Notes: a model not told the origin generated them from the sequence alone. Positions 9,198 through 19,629 are shown, counted from the first letter of the stretch. The stretch: 32,000 nucleotides of DNA from Dickeya solani IPO 2222 (GCF_001644705.1 NZ_CP015137.1:2490001-2522000), one strand, 5' to 3'. Numbers and translations: made by a program.

Positions 9198-9686
9198 TCA
9201 GGGCTGGTCGGACAGATCCGCTTCCGTCATGATCTGATACAGCTCTTCATCGCTTTGAGCGGCTCGCAGCCGCTTACACACGGTTTTATCCGCCAGCCGT
9301 TTGGCGACCAGCGACAACGTATGTAAATGGGTTTTACATTGTTCAGTGGGAACCAGCAAGGCAAAAAGCAGATCGACCGGCTGGTTGTCGATGGCGTCAA
9401 AGGCGATCGGCTGTTCCAACTGGATAAAGACGCCAACCGCGCCCAGCGTATTCTCGTCTTCCAGCTTGCCGTGCGGAATGGCGATGCCATTGCCGATACC
9501 GGTGCTGCCCATGCGTTCCCGGGTTAGAATAGCTTCAAACACCATTTGCGGCGGCAGGTTGAGCTGTCTGGCAGCCAGTTCACTGATGATTTCCAGTGCG
9601 CGCTTTTTGCTCTGACAGTGGACGGCGCTACGCGTGCACTCCTTACGGAGAACAGCGCTAAGTTGCATAACGGACTCGTTGTTCAT
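9198..9686 (-). CDS. ptsN: PtsN (EIIA-Ntr) (162 aa)
   Basis: From ATG 9686 (MNNESVMQLSAVLRKECTRS..HCQSKKRALEIISELAA..GIAIPHGKL..) the protein is colinear with E. coli PtsN. The longer ORF-track start at 9707 is unsupported. Confidence 0.95.
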   Translation of the reverse strand: MNNESVMQLSAVLRKECTRSAVHCQSKKRALEIISELAARQLNLPPQMVFEAILTRERMGSTGIGNGIAIPHGKLEDENTLGAVGVFIQLEQPIAFDAIDNQPVDLLFALLVPTEQCKTHLHTLSLVAKRLADKTVCKRLRAAQSDEELYQIMTEADLSDQP

Positions 9687-9781
9687 GATACGTTCACTTA
9701 ACGACACTGTTGCCTTAGGTTACCGGCCCGCCATCATACAGCGGGTCGGTTTGCTGTCCCTGCACCTGAAACGGCAAAAAA

Positions 9782-10069
9782 TCAGTGCTGTTTCAGTTTA
9801 TCCTTATGTTTGTTTAACTGTCTTGCCAGCTTGTCGATCAACAGATCGATGGCGGCATACATATCATCCGCTTCCGATGTGGCATGCAGCTCACCTCCGT
9901 TGACGTGGATGGTGGCATCCGCAATGTGCAGGATCTTTTCCACTTTCAGTACCACGTACACCTGATTGATACGATCAAAGTATTGCTCAAGTTTGGCGAA
10001 TTTTAAGGTTACGAATTCGCGCAGAGCATCGGTAATTTCGACGTGGTGTCCGGTAATGTTAAGCTGCAT
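9782..10069 (-). CDS. hpf: Ribosome hibernation promoting factor (95 aa)
   Basis: MQLNITGHHVEITDALREFV..KFAKLEQYFDRINQVYVVLKVEK.. is near-identical in layout to E. coli Hpf. It lies 24 nt downstream of rpoN. Confidence 0.95.
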   Translation of the reverse strand: MQLNITGHHVEITDALREFVTLKFAKLEQYFDRINQVYVVLKVEKILHIADATIHVNGGELHATSEADDMYAAIDLLIDKLARQLNKHKDKLKQH

Positions 10070-10093
10070 ATCGTCTTCCTTCTCATGTAGGGG

Positions 10094-11527
10094 TCAAATC
10101 AACTGTTTACGCTGGTTTGACGGCGGGATAGATAAAGACTCTCGATATTTGGCGACAGTGCGGCGGGCCACAATAATTCCCTGTTCGGAAAGCAGTGAGG
10201 TTAGCTTGCTGTCGCTCAGCGGTTTAGCGGGGTTTTCCGCTGCAATGAGTTTCCTGACCAGCGCGCGGATAGCGGTGGACGACGCCTCGCCTCCGTTGTC
10301 GGTGCTGACATGGCTGGAAAAGAAATACTTCAGCTCAAAAATACCGCGCGGACTGTGCAGGAATTTCTGGGTCGTCACGCGGGAAATGGTGGACTCGTGC
10401 ATGTCCACAGCCTGAGCGATATCCGCCAGCACCATGGGTTTCATGAATTCTTCGCCGTGTTCGAAGAACGCCTGCTGTTGTTCCACAATGCAGCGGGTCA
10501 CCTTCAGCAGGGTGTCGTTACGGCTTTCCAGACTCTTGATGAGCCAGCGGGCTTCCTGTAGATGGCTGCGAATGAACTGGCCATCGCTGTCGTTGCGCGC
10601 GCTGCTGCCGAGAGCGGCGTACTGCTGGTTGATCTGCAGCCGCGGCACGCTGTCGGTATTGAGTTCAACCGTCCAGTGGCCTTGCACCTTGCGTACCAAC
10701 ACATCAGGAATGACATACTCGGACTCGCCGGTGTTGATCGACTGCCCCGGGCGCGGATCCAGCGACTGGATCAACGCCAGCGCTTCTTTCAGCACCTCTT
10801 CTTTGAGACGGCTGGTGCGGATCAGGGTGCGGAAGTCATGGTTGGCGAGCAGGTCGAGGTATTCACTGACGATCAGTCTGGCTTCGGCCAGACGGGGAAT
10901 GCTATTGTCGAATTGCGATAGCTGCACCAGCAGGCATTCGCGCAAATCGCGGGCGGCCACGCCGACAGGGTCAAAGCGTTGTACGCGCTTGAGCACCGCT
11001 TCCACTTCTTCCAGCATCACCTCGTCATTACCGATGCTGTCGCGGATATCTTCCAGCGACACGGTCAGGTAGCCGGTGTTATCCACCGCATCCACGATAG
11101 ACGTGGCGATAGCGGAATCTGTGTCGGAAAATGGCGTCAGTTCCACCTGCCACATCAGGTAATCCTGCAGCGTCTGGGTGGTTTCGCCCTGATAGACCGG
11201 CAGTTCTTCGTCACGGTAGTCAGTGCTGGTGCCGGACGGCGTGCCGGCGGTGTAGATTTCATCCCAGGAGGCGTCGAGCGGCAGCTCGTCGGGCATATCC
11301 TTCTGTTCCAGCGCCTCGCGGGTATCCAGCGTTTCGCTGTCGCTACTTTCCTGGGTTTCCACTTCGTCATGAATATCGGCCTGCTCCAGCAACGGGTTGC
11401 TTTCCAGCGCCTGTTGGATTTCCTGCTGGAGTTCAAGCGTGGACAACTGCAGCAGGCGGATGGCCTGCTGTAACTGCGGTGTCATAGCCAGTTGCTGGCT
11501 GAGCCTGAGTTGCAAACCTTGCTTCAT
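10094..11527 (-). CDS. rpoN: RNA polymerase sigma-54 factor (477 aa)
   Basis: [33 protein letters not shown].., an acidic region II and the C-terminal RpoN box (..[12 protein letters not shown]..). Confidence 0.97.
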   Translation of the reverse strand: MKQGLQLRLSQQLAMTPQLQQAIRLLQLSTLELQQEIQQALESNPLLEQADIHDEVETQESSDSETLDTREALEQKDMPDELPLDASWDEIYTAGTPSGTSTDYRDEELPVYQGETTQTLQDYLMWQVELTPFSDTDSAIATSIVDAVDNTGYLTVSLEDIRDSIGNDEVMLEEVEAVLKRVQRFDPVGVAARDLRECLLVQLSQFDNSIPRLAEARLIVSEYLDLLANHDFRTLIRTSRLKEEVLKEALALIQSLDPRPGQSINTGESEYVIPDVLVRKVQGHWTVELNTDSVPRLQINQQYAALGSSARNDSDGQFIRSHLQEARWLIKSLESRNDTLLKVTRCIVEQQQAFFEHGEEFMKPMVLADIAQAVDMHESTISRVTTQKFLHSPRGIFELKYFFSSHVSTDNGGEASSTAIRALVRKLIAAENPAKPLSDSKLTSLLSEQGIIVARRTVAKYRESLSIPPSNQRKQLI

Positions 11528-11574
11528 AACGTGCGCTAACTTCCTTTTTGAATGATTAACCTAAAATGACGTTA

Positions 11575-12300
11575 TCAGAGTCGGAAGCCTTCGCCCAGAT
11601 AGACTCGTTTCACCTGCTCATTCGCCAGTATATCCATCGGTGAGCCGTGGGCAATAAGCTGGCCCTGACTAACGATGTAAGCACGTTCACAGACATCGAG
11701 CGTTTCGCGGACGTTATGGTCGGTAATCAACACGCCCAGCCCGCTATCGCGCAGATGTTCAATGATTTTCTTGATGTCGATAACCGAAATCGGGTCTACC
11801 CCCGCGAAGGGTTCGTCCAGCAGGATGAATTTGGGGTTGGCGGCCAGCGCCCGGGCGATTTCCACCCGGCGGCGTTCACCACCGGACAGCGATTGTCCCA
11901 AACTATCGCGCAGGTGAACAATATGAAACTCTTCCATCAGTTCGTTGGCGCGATCCTGCTGCTGTTCACGGGTCAGGTCTTTTCGGATTTCCAGCACCGC
12001 CATCAGGTTGTCGTAGACGCTCAGGCGCCGGAAAATCGAGGCTTCCTGCGGCAGGTAACCGATGCCGCGGCGGGCGCGATCGTGCAGCGGCAGCAGGCTG
12101 ATGTCCTCATCGTCGATCACGATACGGCCTTCGTCTCGCGGGACGATGCCGACAACCATGTAGAAGGTGGTGGTCTTCCCGGCCCCGTTGGGCCCGAGCA
12201 GCCCGACGATTTCGCCCGAATTCACATTCAGGCTGACGTTCTCCACCACTTTGCGGCCTTTATACGCCTTGGCCAGATTTTCGGCGATTAGTGTTGCCAT
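11575..12300 (-). CDS. lptB: LptB, LPS export ABC transporter ATPase (241 aa)
   Basis: [48 protein letters not shown].. with Walker A and the ABC signature. The position between lptA and rpoN is as expected. Confidence 0.97.
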   Translation of the reverse strand: MATLIAENLAKAYKGRKVVENVSLNVNSGEIVGLLGPNGAGKTTTFYMVVGIVPRDEGRIVIDDEDISLLPLHDRARRGIGYLPQEASIFRRLSVYDNLMAVLEIRKDLTREQQQDRANELMEEFHIVHLRDSLGQSLSGGERRRVEIARALAANPKFILLDEPFAGVDPISVIDIKKIIEHLRDSGLGVLITDHNVRETLDVCERAYIVSQGQLIAHGSPMDILANEQVKRVYLGEGFRL

Positions 12301-12315
12301 AGGTTAGCGCGTTAC

Positions 12316-12894
12316 TCACTGTTGTTTGGTGGGCTTGCCGGTGTTGCCGCTGGGCTTGGCGCCGTTCTGGGCGCCTTTGTCCTGCAACTGCGTCGGGACC
12401 AGCACGGTGGTGACTCGTTTGCCTTTGTCGCTGAACGCTTCCATCTGCTGCTGTTGCACCAGATAGGTGATGCGGTCGCCTTTGACGTTGCTGTCCAGCT
12501 GTTCCAGATAGGCGTCGCCGGTCAGAATAACCAGCTGTTTGTCCATTTCGTAACGCATCTTCTGAGAATGGCCTTTGACCGGTTTGCCGTTGTCCTGCAT
12601 CTGATAGAAGGTAGCCGGGTTACCGTAGCCTTCGATCACTTCATGACCTTGTTGGCCATTAGGACGGGTGACCACAACCTTGTCGGCCTGTGCTTTTATC
12701 GATCCCTGCGTGACGATAACGTTACCGGTGAACGTCACCACATTGCCCTGCATGTCCAGCGCCTGCTGATCAGAGGTGATGTGGATGGGTTGATCGGTGT
12801 CTCCGGTCAGCGCCAGTGCCGGAATACTGACGGCAAGAAGCGAGCTGGCGATCAGGATGCTGTGTAAGACATTAATTTTTTGGTTGGATTTCAT
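12316..12894 (-). CDS. lptA: LptA, periplasmic LPS transport protein (192 aa)
   Basis: Signal peptide, then ..TGDTDQPIHITSDQQALDMQGNVVTFTGNVIVTQG.., colinear with E. coli LptA. The start overlaps the lptC 3' end by 23 nt. An overlap is also present in E. coli. Confidence 0.93.
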   Translation of the reverse strand: MKSNQKINVLHSILIASSLLAVSIPALALTGDTDQPIHITSDQQALDMQGNVVTFTGNVIVTQGSIKAQADKVVVTRPNGQQGHEVIEGYGNPATFYQMQDNGKPVKGHSQKMRYEMDKQLVILTGDAYLEQLDSNVKGDRITYLVQQQQMEAFSDKGKRVTTVLVPTQLQDKGAQNGAKPSGNTGKPTKQQ

Positions 12895-13441
12895 AATAGG
12901 ATTTTACCTTATCGATCAGCTCAGCGGTTTTGCTGCGCAGATTTCCGCGCATTTTCAGTCCGTTAGAGGTAAAGTTGACACCGTACAGGGTGACTTCGTC
13001 ATCCGACGTCACGTCCTGCGTAACCAGATTTATCTGCGCATTATCCGTCTTAATCCGCTCAAGCTGCGAGTCATTGGTCAGGCTGTTGACCTCGACATGA
13101 CCGTACAGATACAGCATGCGATCTTTCGTCAGTTTGGCGCGATCGGCCCGTACCGACCAGGTGGCGACGGTTTGTTCATTGAACATGGTCGCCACCGGCT
13201 GGGTAAACCAGCTTACCTGGTCAGCGTTGTAGTGCTCCGCTTTTTCGGCCACCAGCTTGTAACTCAGTTTTCCGGTCGGGTCATACACCACGGTAATATT
13301 TTGCTGCATGGTATAGGCCGGATCGTTATTCTGCACTTCCGTCGGCCCGTTTCCTGCACGCTGGTTTGTCAGATTTAACCCGATCAGCACCAGCGCAATC
13401 AATGCCAGCAACAGCGTTAGCCAGCGTTTTGTTTTACTCAT
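12872..13441 (-). CDS. lptC: LptC, inner-membrane-anchored LPS transport protein (189 aa)
   Basis: MSKTKRWLTLLLALIALVLIG.. membrane anchor, then ..VSWFTQPV...DRMLYLYGHVEVN..NAQINLVTQDVTS.. matches E. coli LptC. ATGA overlap with the kdsC stop. Confidence 0.92.
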   Translation of the reverse strand: MSKTKRWLTLLLALIALVLIGLNLTNQRAGNGPTEVQNNDPAYTMQQNITVVYDPTGKLSYKLVAEKAEHYNADQVSWFTQPVATMFNEQTVATWSVRADRAKLTKDRMLYLYGHVEVNSLTNDSQLERIKTDNAQINLVTQDVTSDDEVTLYGVNFTSNGLKMRGNLRSKTAELIDKVKSYYEIQPKN

Positions 13442-14004
13442 ATCGACAGCCCTTTGGCGAAATCCAGTTTACCCTGCGCCAGCAGAATAAGATCGCAAAT
13501 CTCTCTGACCGCGCCGCGGCCGCCGGCAATGCGCGTCACATAGTGCGCGTTGGGCAGCAGCAACGGATGGGCGTCTGCCACCGCGACGCTCAGCCCTGTC
13601 TCGGCCATCACCGGCCAGTCGATCAGATCATCGCCGATGTAGGCAACCTGGCTGGCGGTGAGCGACAGTGTATCCAACAGCTCGCGGAAGGCCAAAAGCT
13701 TATCCGACTGTCCCTGATATAAATGGCGGATACCCAGCGTCTGGCAGCGATCGACAAGCAACTGCGACGACCGGCCGGTGATAATCGCCACGTCGACGTC
13801 GGACGTCAGCAGGCAGCGAATACCGTAGCCGTCGCGTACGTTGAAGGCTTTCAGTTCTTCGCCCTGATTCCCCATGTAGATCAGGCCGTCGGAAAATACG
13901 CCGTCGACATCGCAGATTAACAGACGTATATCACGGGCGCGTTGCATGACCTGGGTATCGACAGGCCCGTAACAGGTATCGGTTTGCGGCCGGATTTCAC
14001 TCAT
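13438..14004 (-). CDS. kdsC: KdsC, KDO-8-phosphate phosphatase (188 aa)
   Basis: ..IRLLICDVDGVFSDGLIYMGNQGEELKAFNVRDGYGI.. is an HAD-type DxDG motif and is colinear with E. coli KdsC. Confidence 0.95.
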   Translation of the reverse strand: MSEIRPQTDTCYGPVDTQVMQRARDIRLLICDVDGVFSDGLIYMGNQGEELKAFNVRDGYGIRCLLTSDVDVAIITGRSSQLLVDRCQTLGIRHLYQGQSDKLLAFRELLDTLSLTASQVAYIGDDLIDWPVMAETGLSVAVADAHPLLLPNAHYVTRIAGGRGAVREICDLILLAQGKLDFAKGLSI

Positions 14005-14053
14005 TCACACGTATCCTTGGTTTTTCATTCTGCGTTGTACGCACGCCGCTGGT

Positions 14054-15040
14054 TTACACCACGCCAGCGCGCAGCATATCGTGCATGTGGACGATCCCCA
14101 GCAGGCGATTGTCCTCCGCCACCAGCAGCGAGGTAATATGGCGGGATTGCATCAGGTTCAGGGCGTCCACCGCCAGCGTTTGCGGCGTAACCCGGATACC
14201 GCCGCGCGTCATCACATCGGCGATGCCGGCGCTGTTCAGGTTGATATTCATGTCGAACACCCGGCGCAGGTCACCGTCGGTAAAGATACCTTCGATACGA
14301 TCGTCCGGGCCGCAAATCACCGTCATCCCCAGATTCTTGCGGGTAATCTCCAGCAGCGCGTCACGCAGCGACGCATCATGGCTGACGCGGGGGATCTCGT
14401 CGCCAGTGTGCATGATATCGTTGATCCGCAACAGAAGTTTGCGGCCAAGTGCGCCGCCGGGGTGCGACAACGCGAAATCTTCGGCGGTAAAGCCGCGCGC
14501 CTGCAACAGCGCGACGGCCAGCGCATCGCCCATCACCAGCGTGGCGGTGGTGCTGGAGGTCGGCGCCAGGCCCAGCGGGCAGGCTTCCTGCGATACATGG
14601 ACGCAAAGATGGATGTCCGCCGCTTTGGCCATGGTGCTTTCCGGATTGCCGGTCATGCAGATCAGGCACACCTGCAGGCGCTTCAACACCGGGATGAGCG
14701 CCAGAATTTCATGGGACTCGCCGGAGTTGGAAATGGCAATCACGATATCCTGCGCGGTAATCATGCCCAAATCGCCGTGGCTGGCTTCGCCGGGGTGGAC
14801 AAAAAAGGCGGGCGTGCCGGTGCTGGCGAAGGTGGCCGCCATCTTGCAGCCGATATGCCCCGACTTACCCATGCCCATCACCACTACCTTGCCGTGGCAG
14901 TAAAACATTTTCTCGCAGGCGCGCGAAAAATGGTCGTCAATGTATTGATCCAACTGCGCAAGGCTGTCGCGTTCGATGGACAGCACCTGCCGGCCGGCGG
15001 TCTGGAAATCGAAACCAGGTTGTAGCTCGAAATGTGACAT
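14054..15040 (-). CDS. kdsD: KdsD, arabinose-5-phosphate isomerase (328 aa)
   Basis: From ATG 15040 (MSHFELQPGFDFQTAG..) there is a SIS domain (..VVVMGMGKSGHIG..) plus tandem CBS domains. The length equals E. coli KdsD. Confidence 0.95.
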   Translation of the reverse strand: MSHFELQPGFDFQTAGRQVLSIERDSLAQLDQYIDDHFSRACEKMFYCHGKVVVMGMGKSGHIGCKMAATFASTGTPAFFVHPGEASHGDLGMITAQDIVIAISNSGESHEILALIPVLKRLQVCLICMTGNPESTMAKAADIHLCVHVSQEACPLGLAPTSSTTATLVMGDALAVALLQARGFTAEDFALSHPGGALGRKLLLRINDIMHTGDEIPRVSHDASLRDALLEITRKNLGMTVICGPDDRIEGIFTDGDLRRVFDMNINLNSAGIADVMTRGGIRVTPQTLAVDALNLMQSRHITSLLVAEDNRLLGIVHMHDMLRAGVV

Positions 15041-15070
15041 GTAAAACATCCTGCGTTGCCAATGCTCTGG

Positions 15071-16033
15071 CTATGAGAACAAGAACAGCACCGAAAGGTA
15101 CGCGATGAACGCACACAACAGCAATGCGCCCGCGCCCTGACCGATGCGCCGTTTCTGGCGAAGACAAAGAATCGTCAGGAGCGCGCTGACCCCCAGCATT
15201 ACCCAGTAGTCGCGCGCAAACGCGAGCGGATTCACCGCACCCGGGGACAGGAGCGCAGGCACGCCCAGCACTATTACGATATTAAAGATATTGGAACCAA
15301 TCAGGTTGCCGAGCGCGATGTCGTCCTCTTTCTTCAGGGTGCCGACGATCGCTGTCGCCAATTCCGGCAGACTGGTGCCGACGGCCAGTATCGTCAGCCC
15401 GATGGTCAGTTCGCTGATATTAAAGTAATTGGCGATGACGGTGGCGTTATCGATCACGATCCGTGCCGACATCGGCAGAATAACCAGGCCGATCAGCAGC
15501 CATAGCAGCGCCACGGTCTGGTTGTTCTCTCTGGGCAGCTCGGCCATCTGTTCCCGGGTCAGGCTATCGTCGCCACGGTGCTGGGCGGCGTGCGCCATAC
15601 GCAGCATCAGCGCAATACAACCCGCGGCCGCCAGCAACAGAATCACGCCATCCAGGCGGCTGAGGAAGCTGTCGTGCAGCAGAATGCCGCACAGCAGCGT
15701 CACCACCAGCATGGGCGGCAGTTCCTGACGCAACAGTGTGGAATGAAAGGTCAATGGCCGGATCAGGACGGCGCTGCCGAGGATCAACAGAATGTTGGCG
15801 ATGTTTGAGCCCAGTACGTTGCCGACCGCCATGTCGGTCTGATGGTTGAGCGCGGCGGTTACGGATACCATCAGTTCGGGCAACGAGGTGCCCATTCCCA
15901 CAATCGTCATGCCGATAATCATCGGCGGTACGCCAAATGTGCGGGCCAGTACAGCGGCGCCATACACCAGACGGTCGGCGCCATAAACCAGTAATACTAA
16001 ACCAATAATTAACAGTACTGTCGCAAAAAGCAT
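15071..16033 (-). CDS. yrbG: YrbG, CaCA-family (Na+/Ca2+ exchanger-like) inner-membrane protein (320 aa)
   Basis: Polytopic protein with duplicated GTSLPEL alpha-repeat motifs. Position and orientation match E. coli yrbG, upstream of kdsD and divergent from mlaF. Confidence 0.9.
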   Translation of the reverse strand: MLFATVLLIIGLVLLVYGADRLVYGAAVLARTFGVPPMIIGMTIVGMGTSLPELMVSVTAALNHQTDMAVGNVLGSNIANILLILGSAVLIRPLTFHSTLLRQELPPMLVVTLLCGILLHDSFLSRLDGVILLLAAAGCIALMLRMAHAAQHRGDDSLTREQMAELPRENNQTVALLWLLIGLVILPMSARIVIDNATVIANYFNISELTIGLTILAVGTSLPELATAIVGTLKKEDDIALGNLIGSNIFNIVIVLGVPALLSPGAVNPLAFARDYWVMLGVSALLTILCLRQKRRIGQGAGALLLCAFIAYLSVLFLFS

Positions 16034-16313
16034 GCAGCGTCCTTTATTCAGGTATAATCACCGGTTTATTGGCGAACAAACCAGTATTTCTGGACGAATA
16101 ATAAGCAAAACCGCCATTTTTCCTCGTTAGCGCTAATTCTGACTGCGCAGGGCGAAAAAGTAAAACCAATGGCAATTTTGGTCACGAACCGGTGTCCTGA
16201 TTCTGTAACAGTGAAGGGTCAGCGTAACACCCCGAAAGACCGTTGTCGGGGCTGTGCGGCGCAAAAATGTGAAAACGGGCGGCTGCTATCGGCAGCCGTT
16301 GAGGAAAGAGACC

Positions 16314-17123
16314 ATGAACCACGAAAATCTGGTAGAAATTCGCGGGCTCAGTTTCCGGCGGGGCAACAGGCCGATTTTTTCGGATGTCTCGCTGAACGTG
16401 CCAAAACAAAAAATCACGGCCATCATGGGGCCGTCCGGCATCGGTAAAACCACGCTGCTGCGTCTGATTGGCGGGCAACTGCAACCGGACAGCGGCGAAA
16501 TCTGGTTCGACGGGGAAAATATTCCGACTCTTTCCCGTTCCCGTCTGTATGAGACTCGTAAGAAAATGAGCATGTTGTTTCAGTCCGGTGCGCTATTTAC
16601 CGATCTGAACGTGTTCGATAATGTCGCCTGGCCGCTGCGCGAACATACGCAACTGCCCGCGCCGCTGCTGTACAGCACCGTGATGATGAAGCTGGAGGCG
16701 GTTGGGTTGCGCGGCGCGGCGGAACTGATGCCGTCGGAGCTGTCGGGGGGGATGGCGCGGCGAGCGGCGCTGGCGCGCGCCATCGCGCTCGATCCGCAAT
16801 TGATCATGTTCGATGAGCCGTTCGTCGGCCAGGACCCGATCACTATGGGCGTGTTGGTGAAACTGATCGCCGAGTTGAATCATGCGCTTGGCGTGACCTG
16901 CATCGTGGTGTCTCACGATGTGCCGGAAGTGTTGAGCATTGCCGATTATGCTTACATCATTGCCGATCAATGCGTGGTGGCGGAAGGCTCGCCAACTGAA
17001 TTGCAGCAAAATGGCGACCCACGCGTGAGACAGTTTCTGGATGGCATTGCCGATGGTCCGGTGCCGTTCCACTATCCGGCAGGCGATTATCAGCGTGGGC
17101 TGTTAGGCTTGGGGAGTAAGTAA
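16314..17123 (+). CDS. mlaF: MlaF, ABC ATPase of the phospholipid (Mla) transport system (269 aa)
   Basis: ATG 16314 lies after GAGGAAAGAG. The sequence ..ITAIMGPSGIGKTTLLRLIGG..LSGGMARRAALARAI.. has the same length as E. coli MlaF. The ORF-track start at 16254 is unsupported. Confidence 0.95.
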   Translation: MNHENLVEIRGLSFRRGNRPIFSDVSLNVPKQKITAIMGPSGIGKTTLLRLIGGQLQPDSGEIWFDGENIPTLSRSRLYETRKKMSMLFQSGALFTDLNVFDNVAWPLREHTQLPAPLLYSTVMMKLEAVGLRGAAELMPSELSGGMARRAALARAIALDPQLIMFDEPFVGQDPITMGVLVKLIAELNHALGVTCIVVSHDVPEVLSIADYAYIIADQCVVAEGSPTELQQNGDPRVRQFLDGIADGPVPFHYPAGDYQRGLLGLGSK

Positions 17124-17126
17124 TTC

Positions 17127-17909
17127 ATGCTAGTACAGGCATTAGCGTCGTTGGGACGCGTTGGCATTCAGGTCTGCGCCGCTTTCGGGCGTGCCGGGCT
17201 GATGCTGTTCAATGCGCTGGTCGGCAAGCCGGAACTGGTCAAACAGTGGCCGTTGCTGCGCAAACAGCTCTATAGCGTCGGCGTGCAGTCGTTGCTGATT
17301 ATCATGGTATCCGGCGTATTCATCGGTATGGTGCTGGGGTTGCAGGGGTATCTGGTCCTGACCACCTACAGCGCCGAAGCCAGTCTGGGTATGATGGTGG
17401 CGCTGTCGTTGCTGCGCGAACTGGGGCCGGTGGTGACCGCGTTGCTGTTCGCCGGCCGCGCCGGTTCGGCTCTGACGGCGGAAATCGGGCTGATGAAGGC
17501 CACCGAGCAGCTATCCAGTATGGAGATGATGGCGGTGGATCCGCTGCGCCGCGTCGTGGCGCCGCGCTTTTGGGCCGGGGTGATCACCATGCCGCTGCTG
17601 ACAGTGATTTTTGTCGCCGTCGGCATCTGGGGTGGGGCGCTGGTCGGCGTGGACTGGAAGGGCATCGACAGCGGCTTTTTCTGGTCGGCGATGCAGAACG
17701 CGGTGGAGTGGCAGAAAGACTTGCTCAACTGCGTGATCAAGAGCCTGGTGTTTGCCATTACCGTTACCTGGATTGCGCTGTTCAACGGTTATGACGCGAT
17801 TCCGACGTCAGAAGGCATCAGCCGCGCGACGACCCGCACCGTGGTGCACTCGTCGTTGGCGGTACTGGGATTGGATTTTGTGCTGACAGCACTGATGTTT
17901 GGGAAATGA
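17127..17909 (+). CDS. mlaE: MlaE, permease of the Mla system (260 aa)
   Basis: Colinear with E. coli MlaE (..[42 protein letters not shown]..). It starts 3 nt after the mlaF stop. Confidence 0.95.
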   Translation: MLVQALASLGRVGIQVCAAFGRAGLMLFNALVGKPELVKQWPLLRKQLYSVGVQSLLIIMVSGVFIGMVLGLQGYLVLTTYSAEASLGMMVALSLLRELGPVVTALLFAGRAGSALTAEIGLMKATEQLSSMEMMAVDPLRRVVAPRFWAGVITMPLLTVIFVAVGIWGGALVGVDWKGIDSGFFWSAMQNAVEWQKDLLNCVIKSLVFAITVTWIALFNGYDAIPTSEGISRATTRTVVHSSLAVLGLDFVLTALMFGK

Positions 17910-17913
17910 GTCG

Positions 17914-18558
17914 ATGCAAACAAAGAAACATGAAATTTGGGTTGGCGTATTCATGCTGATTGCGCTGTGCGCCATAGTCTTTTTATGTCTGAAAGTTGCC
18001 GACCTGAAATCGCTGGGGCAACAACAGACCTACCGTTTGTACGCGACCTTCGACAATATCGGCGGTCTCAAAGCGCGTTCGCCGGTGAAAGTCGGCGGGG
18101 TGGTGATTGGCCGGGTGGCGGATATTTCGCTGGACACCAAGACGTATCTGCCGCGGGTGGCGGTGGATATCGATCAACGTTACAACCACATCCCGGATAC
18201 CAGCTCGCTGGCGATTCGCACCTCCGGTCTGCTGGGAGAACAGTATCTGGCGCTGAATATGGGTTTTGAAGACGAAGACATGGGAACGTCGATTCTGAAA
18301 GACGGCGGCACCGTCCAGGACACCAAGTCGGCCATGGTACTGGAGGACCTTATCGGTCAATTCCTATATAAGAGCGGCGGCAACAATACTGACAATGCCA
18401 GCCAGAATAATGCCAGCCAGGACACGGTTAACCCAAATAATGCGGCTCAGAGCCATGCCAAACCGGCGGAAACCAATCCGGCGGAGACCAAGCCAGTAGA
18501 GAAGGGTGGCGAGGCGGCAAAACCTGAATCTGGCGCAAAACCAGCCCAACAGCCTTGA
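17914..18558 (+). CDS. mlaD: MlaD, MCE-domain periplasmic subunit of the Mla system, with an extended low-complexity C-terminus (214 aa)
   Basis: [18 protein letters not shown].. is colinear with E. coli MlaD to ..[10 protein letters not shown]. It then continues with a tail of roughly 55 aa rich in N, Q, A, P, E and K that contains two tandem repeats. Confidence 0.93.
   Translation: MQTKKHEIWVGVFMLIALCAIVFLCLKVADLKSLGQQQTYRLYATFDNIGGLKARSPVKVGGVVIGRVADISLDTKTYLPRVAVDIDQRYNHIPDTSSLAIRTSGLLGEQYLALNMGFEDEDMGTSILKDGGTVQDTKSAMVLEDLIGQFLYKSGGNNTDNASQNNASQDTVNPNNAAQSHAKPAETNPAETKPVEKGGEAAKPESGAKPAQQP
18394..18420 (+). repeat. In-frame direct repeat AATGCCAGCCAG at 15-nt period (encodes NASQ-N-NASQ)
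   Basis: Exact 12-mer at 18394-18405 and again at 18409-18420, separated by AAT. It lies inside the mlaD tail. Confidence 0.85.
18463..18492 (+). repeat. In-frame tandem 15-nt repeat (encodes [10 protein letters not shown])
   Basis: CCGGCGGAAACCAAT (18463-18477) followed by CCGGCGGAGACCAAG (18478-18492), 13 of 15 identical. It lies inside the mlaD tail. Confidence 0.85.
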
Positions 18559-18569
18559 GAGGACACAGC

Positions 18570-19202
18570 ATGTTGAAACGTTTATTGATGGTGGCTCTGT
18601 TGGTGGTGGCCCCGTTTGTGAGTGCCGCTGACCAGACTAACCCCTATAGCCTGATGCGTGACGCGGCACAGAAAACCTTCGACCGCCTCAAAAATGAACA
18701 GCCGCGCATTCAACAGGACCCCAACTATCTGCGCACCGTGGTGCGTGAAGAGCTGCTGCCTTATGTGCAGGTGAAATATGCCGGCGCATTGGTGCTGGGC
18801 CAGTATTACAAGAATGCCACGCCGGATCAGCGCGAGGCCTATTTCAAGGCGTTCGGGGCTTATCTGGAGCAGGCATATGGTCAGGCGCTGGCGTCTTACC
18901 ACGGTCAGACCTACGAGATCGCGCCGGAGCAGCCGGTGGGCAACGCCGAGATTGTTTCCATTCGCGTAACCATCACCGATAACGGTGGCCGCCCGCCGAT
19001 TCGTCTGGATTTCCAGTGGCGCAAGAACACCAAAACCGGTTACTGGCAGGCGTATGACATGATCGCCGAAGGGGTGAGCATGATTACCACCAAGCAGAAC
19101 GAGTGGGCGTCCACGCTGCGTCAGAACGGGGTCGACGGCCTGACGAAGCAGTTGCAGGCCGCGGCTCAGCAGCCGATTTCGCTGGGTCAGAAAAATGGCT
19201 GA
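18570..19202 (+). CDS. mlaC: MlaC, periplasmic phospholipid-binding protein (210 aa)
   Basis: ATG 18570. Signal peptide [19 protein letters not shown], then ..NPY.L...A..TFDRLK.. and ..[18 protein letters not shown].. as in E. coli MlaC. Confidence 0.92.
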   Translation: MLKRLLMVALLVVAPFVSAADQTNPYSLMRDAAQKTFDRLKNEQPRIQQDPNYLRTVVREELLPYVQVKYAGALVLGQYYKNATPDQREAYFKAFGAYLEQAYGQALASYHGQTYEIAPEQPVGNAEIVSIRVTITDNGGRPPIRLDFQWRKNTKTGYWQAYDMIAEGVSMITTKQNEWASTLRQNGVDGLTKQLQAAAQQPISLGQKNG

Positions 19203-19497
19203 TGCGTTGCGCTGGCGACAGGAAGACGGCGCCCTGCGTCTGGAAGGCGATCTTGATCGGAATACGCTGTTGCCGCTGTGGCAGCAACGCGAGGCGCTGC
19301 TGAATGGCAGCAGCGTGCTGGATGTCGGTCAGGTGGCGCGGGTGGACTCTTCCGGGCTTGCCCTGCTGGTGCATTTTTATCATCAGCAGGAACAGCGGGG
19401 AAAACCGCTGGCGATTATCGGCGCCAGCGACCGGCTTCGCACCCTGATTCAGTTATATAACTTGAGTGAAATCATTCCGGTCCGGTCGGCTGACTGA
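19195..19497 (+). CDS. mlaB: MlaB, STAS-domain accessory protein of the Mla system (100 aa)
   Basis: ..[16 protein letters not shown]......[11 protein letters not shown].......LYNL.. is a STAS fold pattern like E. coli MlaB. It overlaps the mlaC stop by 8 nt and is the last gene of the operon. Confidence 0.85.
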   Translation: MADALRWRQEDGALRLEGDLDRNTLLPLWQQREALLNGSSVLDVGQVARVDSSGLALLVHFYHQQEQRGKPLAIIGASDRLRTLIQLYNLSEIIPVRSAD

Positions 19498-19520
19498 ATG
19501 CTGCATTCCGGTTGTCGTCA

Positions 19521-19563
19521 ATCCCCCTTGTGGCGCGTGCGCAAGGGGGATTTCTTTTGTTTA
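19521..19563 (+). terminator. Intrinsic terminator of the mlaFEDCB operon
   Basis: 10-bp stem ATCCCCCTTG/CAAGGGGGAT (19521-19530/19542-19551) followed by TTCTTTTGTTT. Confidence 0.8.
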
Positions 19564-19629
19564 AGATAACGACAGATTCATCTAAGATACCACCCTGTTT
19601 ATCATCCCCCTGACGTAGAATCGAGAGCA

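Noticed and set aside
19616-19621. TAGAAT as the -10 of an ibaG-murA promoter.
   Set aside because: It lies only about 8 nt before the ibaG ATG, so the transcript would lack the SD. No -35 hexamer sits at suitable spacing.
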